DNA of 64,000 bases, from the NCBI GenBank assembly GCA_964468915.1, contig CAYXWX010000001.1, forward strand, positions 10,055-74,054. The letters run 5' to 3'. The stretch's first letter is position 1. Every line of letters starts with the position of its first letter. This document shows positions 44,724-55,511 of the stretch, one piece after another. The stretch comes from an uncultured Pirellulaceae bacterium. Lineage in GTDB: Bacteria > Planctomycetota > Planctomycetia > Pirellulales > Pirellulaceae. The notes beneath the pieces are model-generated. The model did not search any database. It had not been told where the DNA came from and saw only the letters and a program-made list of their open reading frames with translations. A program made the translations under genes and the position numbers.

Positions 44724-45449
44724 TCAAAGGAAACGGCTCAGCCACTTTGGGAGCTTGCTTTCCTTCCCGGTCATGACAGCGCCCACAATTTTTCCACCAG
44801 AATCACGAATGTGCTCCTGCAACGCTTGCAGCTTTTCCTTTTTCACGCCATATCGAGCAACAAGGACGACGCCATCCAGATGAGGCATGAACGCGTCCGC
44901 CAATGAGGGTTCGTTGATCGCGGGCAAGTCAATGATTGTCAGCTGATACGATTCTCGAAACTGCTCCAGCAACTCGATCGATGGTTGGGTGGCCATCACT
45001 AACTGCTTGGCAATTTTTGTCTGCCCGATTCCCAGCACGCTCAGGTTGTCAACTTTTGTGGGTTTGACGCACTCCTGCATTCTGGCTCGACCAATCAAAC
45101 ATTCGGTGAGCCCCTTTTTACCCGTGCGATAGATGCGAGACACTCTCTGGTCTTGAAAGTTCCCATCAACGACAAGGGTAGGGCTGATGCGATGATCTGC
45201 CGCTCGAATACCAAGATTCAACGCGGTCGTGGTGACTCCTTGTCGAGGAGCGAAGCTGGCGACTCCAATGACTGCCGGAGAATTATTTTCAAACACTTCC
45301 GATTGCAATCGCTGCAACAGAATGTCCGTATATCGACTTCCTCGCCGCAGCGGTACCTGGTGAGTTTGTACAGATTCAGCCATGCGATTGTTCCTCGCTT
45401 CACGATTAAAGTTACCTGCCGCAGGTTGGCTGGTGGTCAAGTTGCTCAT
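44724..45449 (-). CDS. BY-kinase/CpsD-like P-loop protein with degenerate Walker A
   Basis: VIGVASFAPRQGVTTTALNLG aligns to SxxPxxGK(S/T)T with Val in place of Lys. Walker A'-like TLVVDGN and Walker B-like LTIIDLPA. No C-terminal Tyr cluster. Confidence 0.65.
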   Translation of the reverse strand: MSNLTTSQPAAGNFNREARNNRMAESVQTHQVPLRRGSRYTDILLQRLQSEVFENNSPAVIGVASFAPRQGVTTTALNLGIRAADHRISPTLVVDGNFQDQRVSRIYRTGKKGLTECLIGRARMQECVKPTKVDNLSVLGIGQTKIAKQLVMATQPSIELLEQFRESYQLTIIDLPAINEPSLADAFMPHLDGVVLVARYGVKKEKLQALQEHIRDSGGKIVGAVMTGKESKLPKWLSRFL

Positions 45450-45518
45450 AGGTATCGTGCTTGAATGATATGAAGAGATTGTCCCGAGTGACGAAGGCGG
45501 GACTGGGAAATTCGTGTT

Positions 45519-47084
45519 CTAGTTCAGAACCTGACGGAATTGCCGTTGATCTGGAACCGAAATGATTACGGGTGCATCAATAATTTCACTCGCGTCACTT
45601 TGGCGATAGACAGAACGGTTCGTGATCAACGAGCCTGCAATGATCGCCAGTGACCCGAACAGCATGGCTCCAAGACCAAGAATGCCGACAATCATCTTGG
45701 AAGGGCTGATCGGTTTCTCTTCCAACGTGGCGGGTTGAGCAATACTGATGTTTGAAAACGCCTCGTTGTTCAGCTCTTCATCTACGCGAGCATCTTCCAG
45801 ATTCTCGGCGTAGCCCATGTAGTTATTGACGGCCAGTTCGACATCTCGCTCTCGCTGCTGGATATCGACACTGGCTTTGTTTAACTGATTGATGTTGGCC
45901 AGCACTTCCATACGCTGCTTTTCGAGTGAGTCCAACATTGCCTGCAGGCCTTGCCTGGTTGATTCAGCCTGTGACAACTGCAACGACAGATCCTGATGAA
46001 CTCGATTGATCGCCCGAGTCATCTCTTTACGATCTTTCGTGGTCTGATCCGCCAGCGCTTTACGAGCTTCCGCTTCCTGTTTCTTGATTGCCGAGAGCCT
46101 TGGATTGTCGTTATTCAATGTCGATTCGAGCCGCATTCTCTGCACCTGAAGCGTGTACAGCTGATCGCGAATCGAATCGCGTCCTGTATTGGGAACCAGA
46201 CGCTCGCCGGACATAATCTGTTCGGGATGCAATTTGAGTTGAGCTTTCAACGCATCCGCGCTGGCGGTTGTCTCCGCAAGCCTTCGAACAACTCCAAGGC
46301 GAGCTTCTTCAACGGATACCATTTGCTGTTCGAGCATTGCTCGATGGCCATCCACGGAAGCGAGACCGATTTCATCTTTCGACACTCTCAAAGCTTCCGA
46401 TGTCTCCTCGACTCTGTCTTTCAGTTGCACCAACTGGTTACCAAAAAAACTACGGGAACCTTCCGTTGTATGAATCCGAGAGTGAGTGACCTTGTACTGA
46501 TCGATCATCGACTGAACGACAGCCTGAGCCAATTCAGGTGAATCTGTATCATAACGCAACGAGACGACGTTCGACTTTCGCTCGGCACCAACTTGCATGT
46601 GCTCGATAATCTCTTGCACCGCTTCCTCACGGTCAGAAATCGGATCGATCTGTTTTACCAGTTTCAACAATGATCCAAACGTACTTTTGAAAGACTGCAC
46701 CAACGGGTTCTTTTTGGAATCGTCGTCGCTTCCAGGCAACGGTTCATCTCCCAGGACAACCTTTGGCCCAAGCAGGTCGACGGTGCCTTCCACGACAACA
46801 CGGCTGCCCATGATGTCAATCACCGATTTGATTTCGTCTTCACGATCTGTTTCCTGAATCGAAATCGTCTCACCGGTAGACGCCGTTGGGTCCAACCTCG
46901 AGTTCTCGCGACCGATTTTGATCCACAATTTTGCCTCAGATCGATACTCGCGCGGCCAGATCAAAATCACGCCGATGGTCAGCAGAATGATCGCGAGGTT
47001 GTACAGCAGAAGCTTGCCGCGATTTCGGTAAACGGATTCAACGTAGTCGCGGATCTGTATCGTGTTTTGTGTCGGCCGGATCAT
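45519..47084 (-). CDS. polysaccharide co-polymerase (Wzz/GumC-like chain-length determinant)
   Basis: N-terminal TM (LLLYNLAIILLTIGVILIW), a long periplasmic coiled coil, and a C-terminal TM (MIVGILGLGAMLFGSLAIIAGSL). ATG at 47084 preferred to the ORF start at 47198. Confidence 0.75.
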   Translation of the reverse strand: MIRPTQNTIQIRDYVESVYRNRGKLLLYNLAIILLTIGVILIWPREYRSEAKLWIKIGRENSRLDPTASTGETISIQETDREDEIKSVIDIMGSRVVVEGTVDLLGPKVVLGDEPLPGSDDDSKKNPLVQSFKSTFGSLLKLVKQIDPISDREEAVQEIIEHMQVGAERKSNVVSLRYDTDSPELAQAVVQSMIDQYKVTHSRIHTTEGSRSFFGNQLVQLKDRVEETSEALRVSKDEIGLASVDGHRAMLEQQMVSVEEARLGVVRRLAETTASADALKAQLKLHPEQIMSGERLVPNTGRDSIRDQLYTLQVQRMRLESTLNNDNPRLSAIKKQEAEARKALADQTTKDRKEMTRAINRVHQDLSLQLSQAESTRQGLQAMLDSLEKQRMEVLANINQLNKASVDIQQRERDVELAVNNYMGYAENLEDARVDEELNNEAFSNISIAQPATLEEKPISPSKMIVGILGLGAMLFGSLAIIAGSLITNRSVYRQSDASEIIDAPVIISVPDQRQFRQVLN

Positions 47085-47252
47085 GACTTGGCTCAAGAAA
47101 ACAGGGTCAAATGAGCAGCATCCATGCCGAACTGAAGTTGCGAAACAACAACTTATCAGCTGACCAGTATTTTTTCGTTTGACCCTCGCTTCAACCACGA
47201 AACACAGGAATGCATGGATTTAATCCGCAATATGTGCGGATTATGCAGTCGG

Positions 47253-47972
47253 TTATGCAAAAGGCCACTTCCTGCCCAGCGAGCGTGACTGAATGTCGGT
47301 CAGTTCTGCAATTCCTTTTTTAGCCAGCTTTAGCAACGATTGAAGCTCTTTGTCGCTGAAAGTCGCTTCTTCTCCGGTCCCCTGAACCTCCACGAACTGT
47401 CCGCGTCCGGTCATCACGACATTCATGTCTACTGAAGCCGCAAAATCCATAGGATAGTCAAGATCCGAAACCGGCTTGCCGTCAACCATGCCGACACTGA
47501 TGGCCGCAACGGAATCTCGCAACGGATAAACCTTCGGATCGGGCAGCGTCTTCTTGATCGAGTTGATTGCATCCACCAACGCGATCATCCCGCCAGAAAT
47601 ACTTGCCGTTCGGGTCCCACCGTCGGCCTGCAGCACATCACAATCGACGGTTATCTGAACTGGCCCAAGCGCTTGAAGATCCGCCACCGCACGAAAACTT
47701 CGACCGATCAATCGCTGGATTTCTGTTGTCCTTCCGTCGACCTTGCTGCGATCCCGACGTTTGCGAGGACTCGTGCTGCCTGGCAGCATGTTGTACTCCG
47801 CTGTGATCCAGCCTTTCCCATCGGCCTCCATCCACGGCGGAACCTTCGTGTCTACGCTGGCGGTGCACAAGACAACCGTCTCTCCACACTGATACAAGAC
47901 GCTGCCCGGGGTCTTATTGGTGAAATTGCGTTTTACCTTGACCGGTCTCAGTTCATTCGCCTTACGTTTCAT
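47253..47972 (-). CDS. rph: ribonuclease PH
   Basis: [65 protein letters not shown]. Confidence 0.93.
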   Translation of the reverse strand: MKRKANELRPVKVKRNFTNKTPGSVLYQCGETVVLCTASVDTKVPPWMEADGKGWITAEYNMLPGSTSPRKRRDRSKVDGRTTEIQRLIGRSFRAVADLQALGPVQITVDCDVLQADGGTRTASISGGMIALVDAINSIKKTLPDPKVYPLRDSVAAISVGMVDGKPVSDLDYPMDFAASVDMNVVMTGRGQFVEVQGTGEEATFSDKELQSLLKLAKKGIAELTDIQSRSLGRKWPFA

Positions 47973-48028
47973 GGTCTCTACTCATTCGAAATTATCACAT
48001 TGCAACTTGAAGACTCTGAAACGATTGA

Positions 48029-48958
48029 TCAAGTTGACTGGACTTGATTCTCATTCTTCAACCAGACCACGAGTCCCTTCTGAGCGTGCAGCCGATTGTT
48101 GGCCTGCTGAATGACAGCACTTGCAGGACTGTCAATAACTGCGGAAGCCACCTCTTCACCGCGTCGCGCCGGAAGGCAGTGCAGGAACTTGACGTCGTCC
48201 GCCGCAACGGACATCAGTTCTTCGTTCACTTGATAGTCGGCCAAATCCTGAAGGCGCTGCTTGCTTTCCGCTTCCTGCCCCATGCTGGTCCAGACGTCCG
48301 TGTAGACAAACGAAACATTCTCCACCGCTGCTTTCGCGTCAGTGGTTTGGCGGATGAGCTCCTTGCCTGATGCTGCATTCAACTGATCGATAAAACCTGA
48401 TTCAAACTGGTACGCCTCTGGTGCTCCGATATTCAATGAGATTCCCAGTCGGCTGCAGATCACTGCGAGGCTGTAGGTCACATTGTTGGCGTCTCCAACG
48501 TACGCCATGCTCACACCCTCCAACCCTCCGGCAATCTCCTGAACCGTCAGGATATCCGCCAATGCCTGACACGGATGCGATACGTCGGTCAGGCCATTGA
48601 TGATTGGACACTGGCTGAACTCAAGCGACTGCTCCACCAACGCATGACTTTTTGCTCGGATCACAAGCAAATCCAGGTAGCTGGTGAGAATCGGCATGAA
48701 ATCGCATAAAGGTTCACGAGTCCCCCAACCGACATCCGCACCAAGCATCAAACTGTTGCCTCCAAGATGCCCCGTCAGCGTTTCGAAACTAACTCGCGTT
48801 CGCAGCGACGGCTTCTCGAACAACAGGCCCACAACATGGTTTTCGAGCAACGATTCGCGTTTGCCATTGGCAAGGTCCGCCTTCAATTTAGCGGACATAT
48901 CGAGGACGCGGCGAATCTCTTCTGCCGTCAAATCGAATAGTGATAGTACGTGTCGCAT
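48029..48958 (-). CDS. argF: ornithine carbamoyltransferase
   Basis: FEKPSLRTRVSFE, SHPCQALAD, TDVWTSMGQE, HCLPARRGEE. ATG at 48958. Confidence 0.9.
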   Translation of the reverse strand: MRHVLSLFDLTAEEIRRVLDMSAKLKADLANGKRESLLENHVVGLLFEKPSLRTRVSFETLTGHLGGNSLMLGADVGWGTREPLCDFMPILTSYLDLLVIRAKSHALVEQSLEFSQCPIINGLTDVSHPCQALADILTVQEIAGGLEGVSMAYVGDANNVTYSLAVICSRLGISLNIGAPEAYQFESGFIDQLNAASGKELIRQTTDAKAAVENVSFVYTDVWTSMGQEAESKQRLQDLADYQVNEELMSVAADDVKFLHCLPARRGEEVASAVIDSPASAVIQQANNRLHAQKGLVVWLKNENQVQST

Positions 48959-49003
48959 GGTAAAACTTTGCAAAAAGAAATCTGCTCGACAGACCAAGGC
49001 TCA

Positions 49004-49903
49004 TTAATCGACGGCCAGTGGCTGACTTTCGCTGTACAGGACCGTTCCAATTCCTCCGCTGGTGTAAATTTCCAACAGCAAAGAATGTCGTAAACTGCCG
49101 TCCACGATGTGAACCTTCCGCACGCCCTTATCCAAGGTCTCCAGACAGGCTTCGACTTTTGGAATCATCCCTTCCTTGATGGTGCCGTCAGCAATCAGTT
49201 CCATTGCCTTCTGACGATCCAGGGATGAAATAATCGTGTTGGAATCGGATGGGTCTGACATGACACCTGGCACGTCACTCAGGATCACCAGTTTGTCTGC
49301 ATTCAGCTCCTGAGCGACCTTCGTCGCAGCAGTGTCCGCGTTGACATTAAGCTTCTGCCCTTTTTTGGTGATCGCCATCGAGGGGATGAACGGAACCTTC
49401 CCTTCGTTGCTGAGGTTCTCGATTACCGAGCGATCAACGGAAGTCACGAACCCGACGTGCCCAAGATCGACCGGCTTTCCTTCATCGTCCGTCAACTCCA
49501 GTGTTTCCCCCGTCAATACAGGAGTCGATTCGAAGTTGAGCGTCTCAGCCCGCCCACCAATTTTCTCAAACTCACTGGCGAGGAACTGATTGACCTCCGT
49601 GGCGAGGACTTTCTCAACGATGTCCAGCGTTGCATCATCGGTGTAGCGGCGGCCCTGAACAAAGCGAGGCTCAATTCCCGCCTCAGCCATCGCCGCACTT
49701 ACCTTTTTCCCTCCGCCATGAACCACCACTGGACGCATCCCAACGGACTCCATGAACAAAATGTCCAGAAGAATGTGATGCAGCGCGTCGATGTCGCCCA
49801 GCAGGCTTCCACCCAGCTTGATGACGGTCGTCTTGTCGCGAAATTCGCGAATCCACCCCAAGGCTTCGATCAAGGTGTCGGCTTTTTCAATCGCTTTTTG
49901 CAA
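49004..49903 (-). CDS. argB: acetylglutamate kinase
   Basis: [35 protein letters not shown], and the C-terminal GIGT motif. Confidence 0.93.
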   Translation of the reverse strand: MQKAIEKADTLIEALGWIREFRDKTTVIKLGGSLLGDIDALHHILLDILFMESVGMRPVVVHGGGKKVSAAMAEAGIEPRFVQGRRYTDDATLDIVEKVLATEVNQFLASEFEKIGGRAETLNFESTPVLTGETLELTDDEGKPVDLGHVGFVTSVDRSVIENLSNEGKVPFIPSMAITKKGQKLNVNADTAATKVAQELNADKLVILSDVPGVMSDPSDSNTIISSLDRQKAMELIADGTIKEGMIPKVEACLETLDKGVRKVHIVDGSLRHSLLLEIYTSGGIGTVLYSESQPLAVD

Positions 49904-50170
49904 GGCCCGGTTCCAGTTCCGATCAGGGAAAGCCCATCATCGTAGGACTCACCTCCAACCGGTGTCAACCTCACGGGTTTCTACACAACAAACGATGGCG
50001 ATTAAGCGACAGTCACGTTCCGCTGTTGAGCCCGGCTGTAGTGCGAAGCATGAAGAAAGCACCTGAGGCTGTGATGATCCGGGGTATGGAATATCACGGC
50101 TTAATCCTGACTGACGCTCGAGATGATTCGTCGATGCCGCAACTCCAGCGTTTGCTTGCCAGCAGACTAT

Positions 50171-51103
50171 TCAGGATTTTGCCACGTCTGCCGACCTGAG
50201 TCGCTTGACCTGTCCCAGAAAGCGTTTAAAGCTGTCCATTCGATTCTCGACTTTGGCAGCCAGGCATTTGTGCACCGCTTCGACCAGACGAGGATCCAGA
50301 TTTGGACGGTGTTCGCGAATGTCGGTCATCGGTCGAGTGTCATGAGCCAATGCAGCGGTTCCTGTTTGATCAGTGCTTCCCCACGGGTGCTCGAACGTAA
50401 GCAGACGATACGCAGTCACACCGAACGAAAACAAATCCAGTCGCTGATCCGTTTCGCGGCGTCGAACAATTTCGGGAGCCATGTACTGTGGAGTTCCCGT
50501 TCGATTTCCGGGCAACCTGTAGGAAGGCTCATCAGGCAGCGTCAAACCAAAATCGATCAGCTTCAGACTTTTAAGATCTTTCGAACAGATAAAGTTCCGA
50601 GGGCAAACATCTCTGTGAATAAAGCCTTGCTTATGAACTTCCATCAACGCTTCGGCCATGTGAATCAATAACGTCAACTGATGCGGAATCACCGCCGGGT
50701 CGCGTTCGCGAATGACCAGATCCAAGCCAGGCCCATCCAGATACTCCATCAGAATGTACTGTTGACCGGTTGTCGTCTGACCATATTCGAGTGTTTTAAC
50801 GATTCGGGGATGATCGAACAGCATCGCGATCTCACCCTCGGGCGGCTTCCCTGATCCTTTGAATCTCGACTCGAAATAATCCAGTTTCTCCTGGTCGATG
50901 AACTTGAGCCCGTAACGTTCCTTCGTACCGATTTTTGTTCCAACACGAAACTTTGACATCGTGCCGGTAAACGAGTGCCGATCCAGCTGGTACGTTTTCG
51001 CGACGTCCAGCCGTCCTTTGCCGCCACCCATCGCTGATTTCAAACTATCCAGGATGCCCATACGACGGCTCAGATTTCGCTTTGGATTGAAGGAGTGACG
51101 CAA
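50171..51103 (-). CDS. Hanks-type Ser/Thr protein kinase domain protein, atypical catalytic loop
   Basis: HRDVCPRN (Cys where the HRDxKxxN Lys is expected), DFG (LIDFGL), APE (YMAPE). Weak Gly-rich loop. Kinase domain only. Confidence 0.8.
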   Translation of the reverse strand: MRHSFNPKRNLSRRMGILDSLKSAMGGGKGRLDVAKTYQLDRHSFTGTMSKFRVGTKIGTKERYGLKFIDQEKLDYFESRFKGSGKPPEGEIAMLFDHPRIVKTLEYGQTTTGQQYILMEYLDGPGLDLVIRERDPAVIPHQLTLLIHMAEALMEVHKQGFIHRDVCPRNFICSKDLKSLKLIDFGLTLPDEPSYRLPGNRTGTPQYMAPEIVRRRETDQRLDLFSFGVTAYRLLTFEHPWGSTDQTGTAALAHDTRPMTDIREHRPNLDPRLVEAVHKCLAAKVENRMDSFKRFLGQVKRLRSADVAKS

Positions 51104-51127
51104 ATGAACGGAAAAACAACCACGCTG

Positions 51128-51961
51128 TCATTTGCCGCAGTAGTCAATCGTACGAGCAATTTCCGCCTTGAGTTTCTCTCTTGTCACGATTCGATCGATA
51201 AATCCGTGCTTGAGCAGAAACTCGCTGGTCTGGAATCCTTCTGGAAGTTCAATACGAATGGTGGCCTTAATCGTACGAGGGCCCGCGAAGCCGATCAACG
51301 CTTTGGGTTCGGCAAAGACCACATCGCCCAGCGACGCAAAACTTGCTGCCACGCCACCCATCGTGGGATTCGTCAACACGGAAATGAACAAACCTCCCTG
51401 TTCATCGTGTCGGGCCAACGCGGCAGACACTTTCGCCATTTGCATCAACGAGAAGATCCCCTCGTGCATTCTGGCTCCTCCACCCGAACCACTGACAATG
51501 ATCAGCGGCAGGTTCTGTTCAGTCGCCCGCTCGACGAGGCGAGTCAATCGTTCACCTACCACGGACCCCATACTGCCCATGATAAACTGTGAATCTGTAA
51601 TGCCGATCGCCACCCGTCGAGCACGAATCATTCCCGTGCCCGTAATCGCCGCATCGGACAACCCGGTTTTCTTTCGCTCGGCAGCCAGCCGATCAACGTA
51701 AGCGCGACTGTCGCTGAATTTCAGTGGATCAGCAGCCAGTAGGTTGCCATCCCATTCTTCAAACGTCCCTGCGTCCAGCACCTGCTCAATTCGCTGACTG
51801 GCAGGGACATACATGTGAAAATCACATTCAGGGCAAACTCGCTGATTCCGTTCGACCACCTTGCTGACAAGACGAGCTTTACAACCGGGACACTGCGTCC
51901 ATGTACCTTCTGGAATCTGGCGTTTCTTTCGTCCGGTCACGGTGGTTTGGGTCTGAGACAT
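51128..51961 (-). CDS. accD: acetyl-CoA carboxylase carboxyltransferase beta subunit
   Basis: N-terminal Zn ribbon CPGCKARL...[13 protein letters not shown] and [21 protein letters not shown] at 51961. Confidence 0.92.
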   Translation of the reverse strand: MSQTQTTVTGRKKRQIPEGTWTQCPGCKARLVSKVVERNQRVCPECDFHMYVPASQRIEQVLDAGTFEEWDGNLLAADPLKFSDSRAYVDRLAAERKKTGLSDAAITGTGMIRARRVAIGITDSQFIMGSMGSVVGERLTRLVERATEQNLPLIIVSGSGGGARMHEGIFSLMQMAKVSAALARHDEQGGLFISVLTNPTMGGVAASFASLGDVVFAEPKALIGFAGPRTIKATIRIELPEGFQTSEFLLKHGFIDRIVTREKLKAEIARTIDYCGK

Positions 51962-52239
51962 AATGGGAAGCAAAAAAATCCTGCGATTATGGGATCCTTC
52001 TATTGTCGCATACACCATCGGTCCTGTTCAAGACAGAACTGCAGATATCCTTGTTGTTGTGGTTTTTCCATGACTCGAACATCAGGCGAAAACAGAAAAA
52101 CATCACGATACTGACCTGAAAGTCACTCGAAGCGCGCCTCCAGCACGTCAGGCAATCGGAACCTGCCGATGTTTCAGAGTTAAAAAAACAGCTTTCCAAA
52201 AACAGCTGCCCGGTTTTGGTTTCGCGTATTCATGCATTT

Positions 52240-53388
52240 TCAAGCGTGCCCCGAACAAGACAAAACTGCCGATCGAATTTCTTCGCGCACGTGGGTGTCT
52301 TCCTCAATTTCAAGCCTGACCTTTAACTTGCTCATGGCCCAATCCGCATCGTGCCTTCCCATCGCCCACGCAGAAGCCCCGCGAACCAACGATTCTCCGT
52401 CTGCCAGCCCGCGTTCAAGTGCCGGTAGATTGTCTGCGTCGGGACGATTCCCCATTGCGATCGCTGCGTTTCGCAAAATTCCTCGACGGCGAGGCCGCCA
52501 CAACGGTGTCTTGCGAAACCGTTCGCGAAACTGATCGTCCGTCATCCAGAACAAAGACCGCAACTCCAACGGATCGTGTCCCGATAGCGGCTCAAATGCT
52601 TCCTCGTTTGAAAGCGGTGCCTTTTGGTTCCACGGGCAGACCTCCTGACACACATCACAACCAAGAATCCAATCGCCCATCTGCTCGCGGAACCGATGGT
52701 CAATTTCAGATCGATGCTCGATGGTCAGATAGCTGACACATTTCGTTGCATCCAACGTTCCCGCTTTCACAAAGGCATCGGTCGGGCAGGCGTCCAGACA
52801 CGCTGTGCAAGTCCCACAGTGAAAGCCCTCGAAAGGTTGGTCATACTCGAGTGGCACATTCAGCAGCAAGGCCGCAAGGAAAAACCAGCTACCCTGCTTC
52901 GGGTTGATCAACATGGTATTTTTGGCCGCCCAACCGAGCCCCGCCAACTGAGCGAACTCTCGCTCTAACAGCGGAGCCGTATCAACCACACCCCTTGCGA
53001 AAATTGGCATTCCGTCGATGTCGCCCAACGTAATCGCAAAACGCTTCAGCTGTTTCAGTCGCGAGTGAATCAAATCGTGATAGTCTTCGGTACCCCATGC
53101 ATATCGAGCGATTCTGCCATGGCCAACCCGCGAAGGACTCGGTCGCCGCGTCTGGTAATTCATACCCAGCATCAGCACACTGACAGCGTCATCCATCACA
53201 TGCCGCGGATGTTCGTACGCGTGAAGCCTCTCCTTCATGTACTGCATTTCACCCGAATGCCCTGCCTCAATCCACTCCGTCAGCGGTGAAAAGCCAGCAG
53301 GAGAAACCGCTTTGCAACAACCCGACAGAGAGAATCCCAGCCGGGCCGCTTCGGCTTTTAACGATTTTGTCAGTTCTTGCGGCGTCAT
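52240..53388 (-). CDS. queG: epoxyqueuosine reductase
   Basis: Two 4Fe-4S motifs (CGTCTACLDACPT; CDVCQEVCPWN). Overall QueG layout with a HEAT-like C-terminus. Confidence 0.9.
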   Translation of the reverse strand: MTPQELTKSLKAEAARLGFSLSGCCKAVSPAGFSPLTEWIEAGHSGEMQYMKERLHAYEHPRHVMDDAVSVLMLGMNYQTRRPSPSRVGHGRIARYAWGTEDYHDLIHSRLKQLKRFAITLGDIDGMPIFARGVVDTAPLLEREFAQLAGLGWAAKNTMLINPKQGSWFFLAALLLNVPLEYDQPFEGFHCGTCTACLDACPTDAFVKAGTLDATKCVSYLTIEHRSEIDHRFREQMGDWILGCDVCQEVCPWNQKAPLSNEEAFEPLSGHDPLELRSLFWMTDDQFRERFRKTPLWRPRRRGILRNAAIAMGNRPDADNLPALERGLADGESLVRGASAWAMGRHDADWAMSKLKVRLEIEEDTHVREEIRSAVLSCSGHA

Positions 53389-53530
53389 GTCCGTTCCGGA
53401 TGCCTGCGATTTGGAAAACTGTTTGACTCAGGGTATTGCGTCGTTTTGATGTCTGCTTAGTGTGGGATAAGTCGGCCTGCGGGCCCTCTTTCATTAACGC
53501 AGGAAATCAGACTCAGAAAAAGGCTCCATC

Positions 53531-54013
53531 ATGAAACGCATCCTTGTCATCGCATTCGCGGTCTTCGCAGTCACCATCATGACTGACTCATCAGCAAACG
53601 CACAGGGTAACATGTCCGGTTACGGGTTCGGCGTTGGCGTCAATCAGGCACAGTTTGGCGGCGGATACGCATTTGGCGGCAACCGCGGCTTTGGCGGACT
53701 TGGACTTCTGGGTCCATTCAACAGTGTCCGTCGCGTCGAGGAGCCACCTTACTTTGCCAAATTCCCGCCCGTCTATTACAGCGGCATCGTCAAGCGGCCA
53801 TACGGGATCAGCCCTTATGCTGCACCCGCAGGAATCGCTCCTGTCGAAATGTCGATTCCTGTGCCGACCACCGTGAAGAACAAATACTTCCATTCGAATG
53901 TGGCTCCGGTTTCCAAGGCAGCGGAGACGAAACAGACAATCGAGTCGACGGAAGACAAATCGACTTCGGCTTGGGTTTCGAATCCGTACATCGAATCGTT
54001 GGCCGCTCAATAG
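53531..54013 (+). CDS. small secreted Gly-rich hypothetical protein
   Basis: Signal peptide MKRILVIAFAVFAVTIMTDSSANAQG, then a GYGFGVGV...GGGYAFGGNRGFGGLGLLG region. Followed by a clear intrinsic terminator. Confidence 0.55.
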   Translation: MKRILVIAFAVFAVTIMTDSSANAQGNMSGYGFGVGVNQAQFGGGYAFGGNRGFGGLGLLGPFNSVRRVEEPPYFAKFPPVYYSGIVKRPYGISPYAAPAGIAPVEMSIPVPTTVKNKYFHSNVAPVSKAAETKQTIESTEDKSTSAWVSNPYIESLAAQ

Positions 54014-54083
54014 ATCTTTCTGTTGCGTTGCAAACGTCCCGCCGCCATAACGGCAACCCTCCCACCATCAATTTGCCCACCAG

Positions 54084-54112
54084 ACGCCTCTTTCAAAGGA
54101 GGCGTTTTTTTG
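54084..54112 (+). terminator. rho-independent terminator
   Basis: Stem ACGCCTC/GAGGCGT with an 8-nt loop, followed by a T7 run. Lies about 70 nt after the stop at 54013. Confidence 0.8.
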
Positions 54113-54347
54113 TGCGCGATTACCAAAACCAACCAATTGCCAAACACACTTCCACGTTTCGCGACCTGCCAAAGGTAACCCACCAAGATCACACGCTCAG
54201 CCGATGCTTGCAGTTTGTTGAAATCGACCGACCGATTCACGGAGGGGAAATCGCAAAGCATTTTCGACAATAAAGAAAATGTTTGTTCGAATAAGTCAAA
54301 AAGAGTATCTTTCACACCGGGCAGGGAACCTATTTGGAGGACCAGAC

Positions 54348-55511
54348 ATGCAAACGACCGTCAATGAGGAAACGTTGCGAGGTAACCACTCGCCCGCAGA
54401 ACTTCAACATCCATCAACCGGAAATTCAGTCGACGCTGCCGTCGCGGCAACGAAGACTGCCGCCAATCATCTGACGAGGCCCGTCCCGAAATCTAATCCC
54501 GGGCCACAACCGCACACGCCCAGTCAGGACCTTGAGTTGTTCGGTCGTTGGATCGGAAAACCGATCTGGGTTCCACCAAACGACAGTAGTGACGACTTAG
54601 CCAAATCAATGCTGAATCGTTTCAGCCCACTCGCATCGAAGGAACAATGCTGGGAGCACGTCACTCGAAAACACCGCAGCAAATTCACTCAGGTCAGAGA
54701 AATTGAGCTACCCAAAGCGTCGATCCGATTGCCGCAGGGGAGTCTCTACGTAACCGTGACCGAACGTGAGCGTTTTCACGAGATCGAAGAAGAGATCCCG
54801 CGCTGCGTCCAGACCCGTCTTGATGAATTTCTTGCGGGGCCAGGAAAAAAACGTGGTGTCAAAGTCTCGTATCTGAAACCTCTATGCGTCGAGGCCGGTA
54901 GTGATCTGATCTTCACGACTCAGCAGGAATTGGATAACGCGATCGAGAAGATTCAGGCGGAAGTTTTCGCCGCTTACAAGAAACAGTATCCAGCCCACTT
55001 GCTGCGCCAGATGGCAATCAATGCTCTCGATGCAGCGCTGTTGATCCCTCGATCACTGCTGAGTTCTTTTCTGGACGGAAGGAAACGTGAAGTTGAAACG
55101 ATGCATGGGAAGCTGGAATTCGAGCGCCGCAAACGCGCACATCGAGCGATGCGACATCTCAACCGACGCAGCAGGCAGACGTGTTCGTTCAATGAAATGT
55201 TGTCGTTGACCGAAACTCCTGACCGAGCGGATGTCATCAATCACATCATTCAGGAGAAGGAAGCCGCCATGGCAGTGGCGATGTCAAATGTTGATCGCCA
55301 GCTATATCTACTGGCGTCAGCTGCGACGCTTCCCTGGTTTGCCGCGATGTCGCTTGCTGCTTACAAAATCGCGGCGGTAACGGTTACCACGACCGTTTCC
55401 GTATCGGTTTGCGACCCTGCCTTTGTGGCGGAGATGCCCGGTGCGAGAGGACGACTGCTTAAGATCGGCCACTTCGACGAGGTCGATGGGGTCATGCACG
55501 TCGAGATATGA
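54348..55511 (+). CDS. hypothetical protein with C-terminal hydrophobic segment
   Basis: ATG at 54348 is preceded by GGAGG. 387 aa. No family recognised. C-terminal LYLLASAATLPWFAAMSLAAYKIAAVTVTTTVSV. Confidence 0.5.
   Translation: MQTTVNEETLRGNHSPAELQHPSTGNSVDAAVAATKTAANHLTRPVPKSNPGPQPHTPSQDLELFGRWIGKPIWVPPNDSSDDLAKSMLNRFSPLASKEQCWEHVTRKHRSKFTQVREIELPKASIRLPQGSLYVTVTERERFHEIEEEIPRCVQTRLDEFLAGPGKKRGVKVSYLKPLCVEAGSDLIFTTQQELDNAIEKIQAEVFAAYKKQYPAHLLRQMAINALDAALLIPRSLLSSFLDGRKREVETMHGKLEFERRKRAHRAMRHLNRRSRQTCSFNEMLSLTETPDRADVINHIIQEKEAAMAVAMSNVDRQLYLLASAATLPWFAAMSLAAYKIAAVTVTTTVSVSVCDPAFVAEMPGARGRLLKIGHFDEVDGVMHVEI

Noticed and set aside
52184-52207. 10-nt direct repeat AAAAACAGCT x2 between queG and accD.
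   Set aside because: It is short, A-rich and low in information, with no supporting context.
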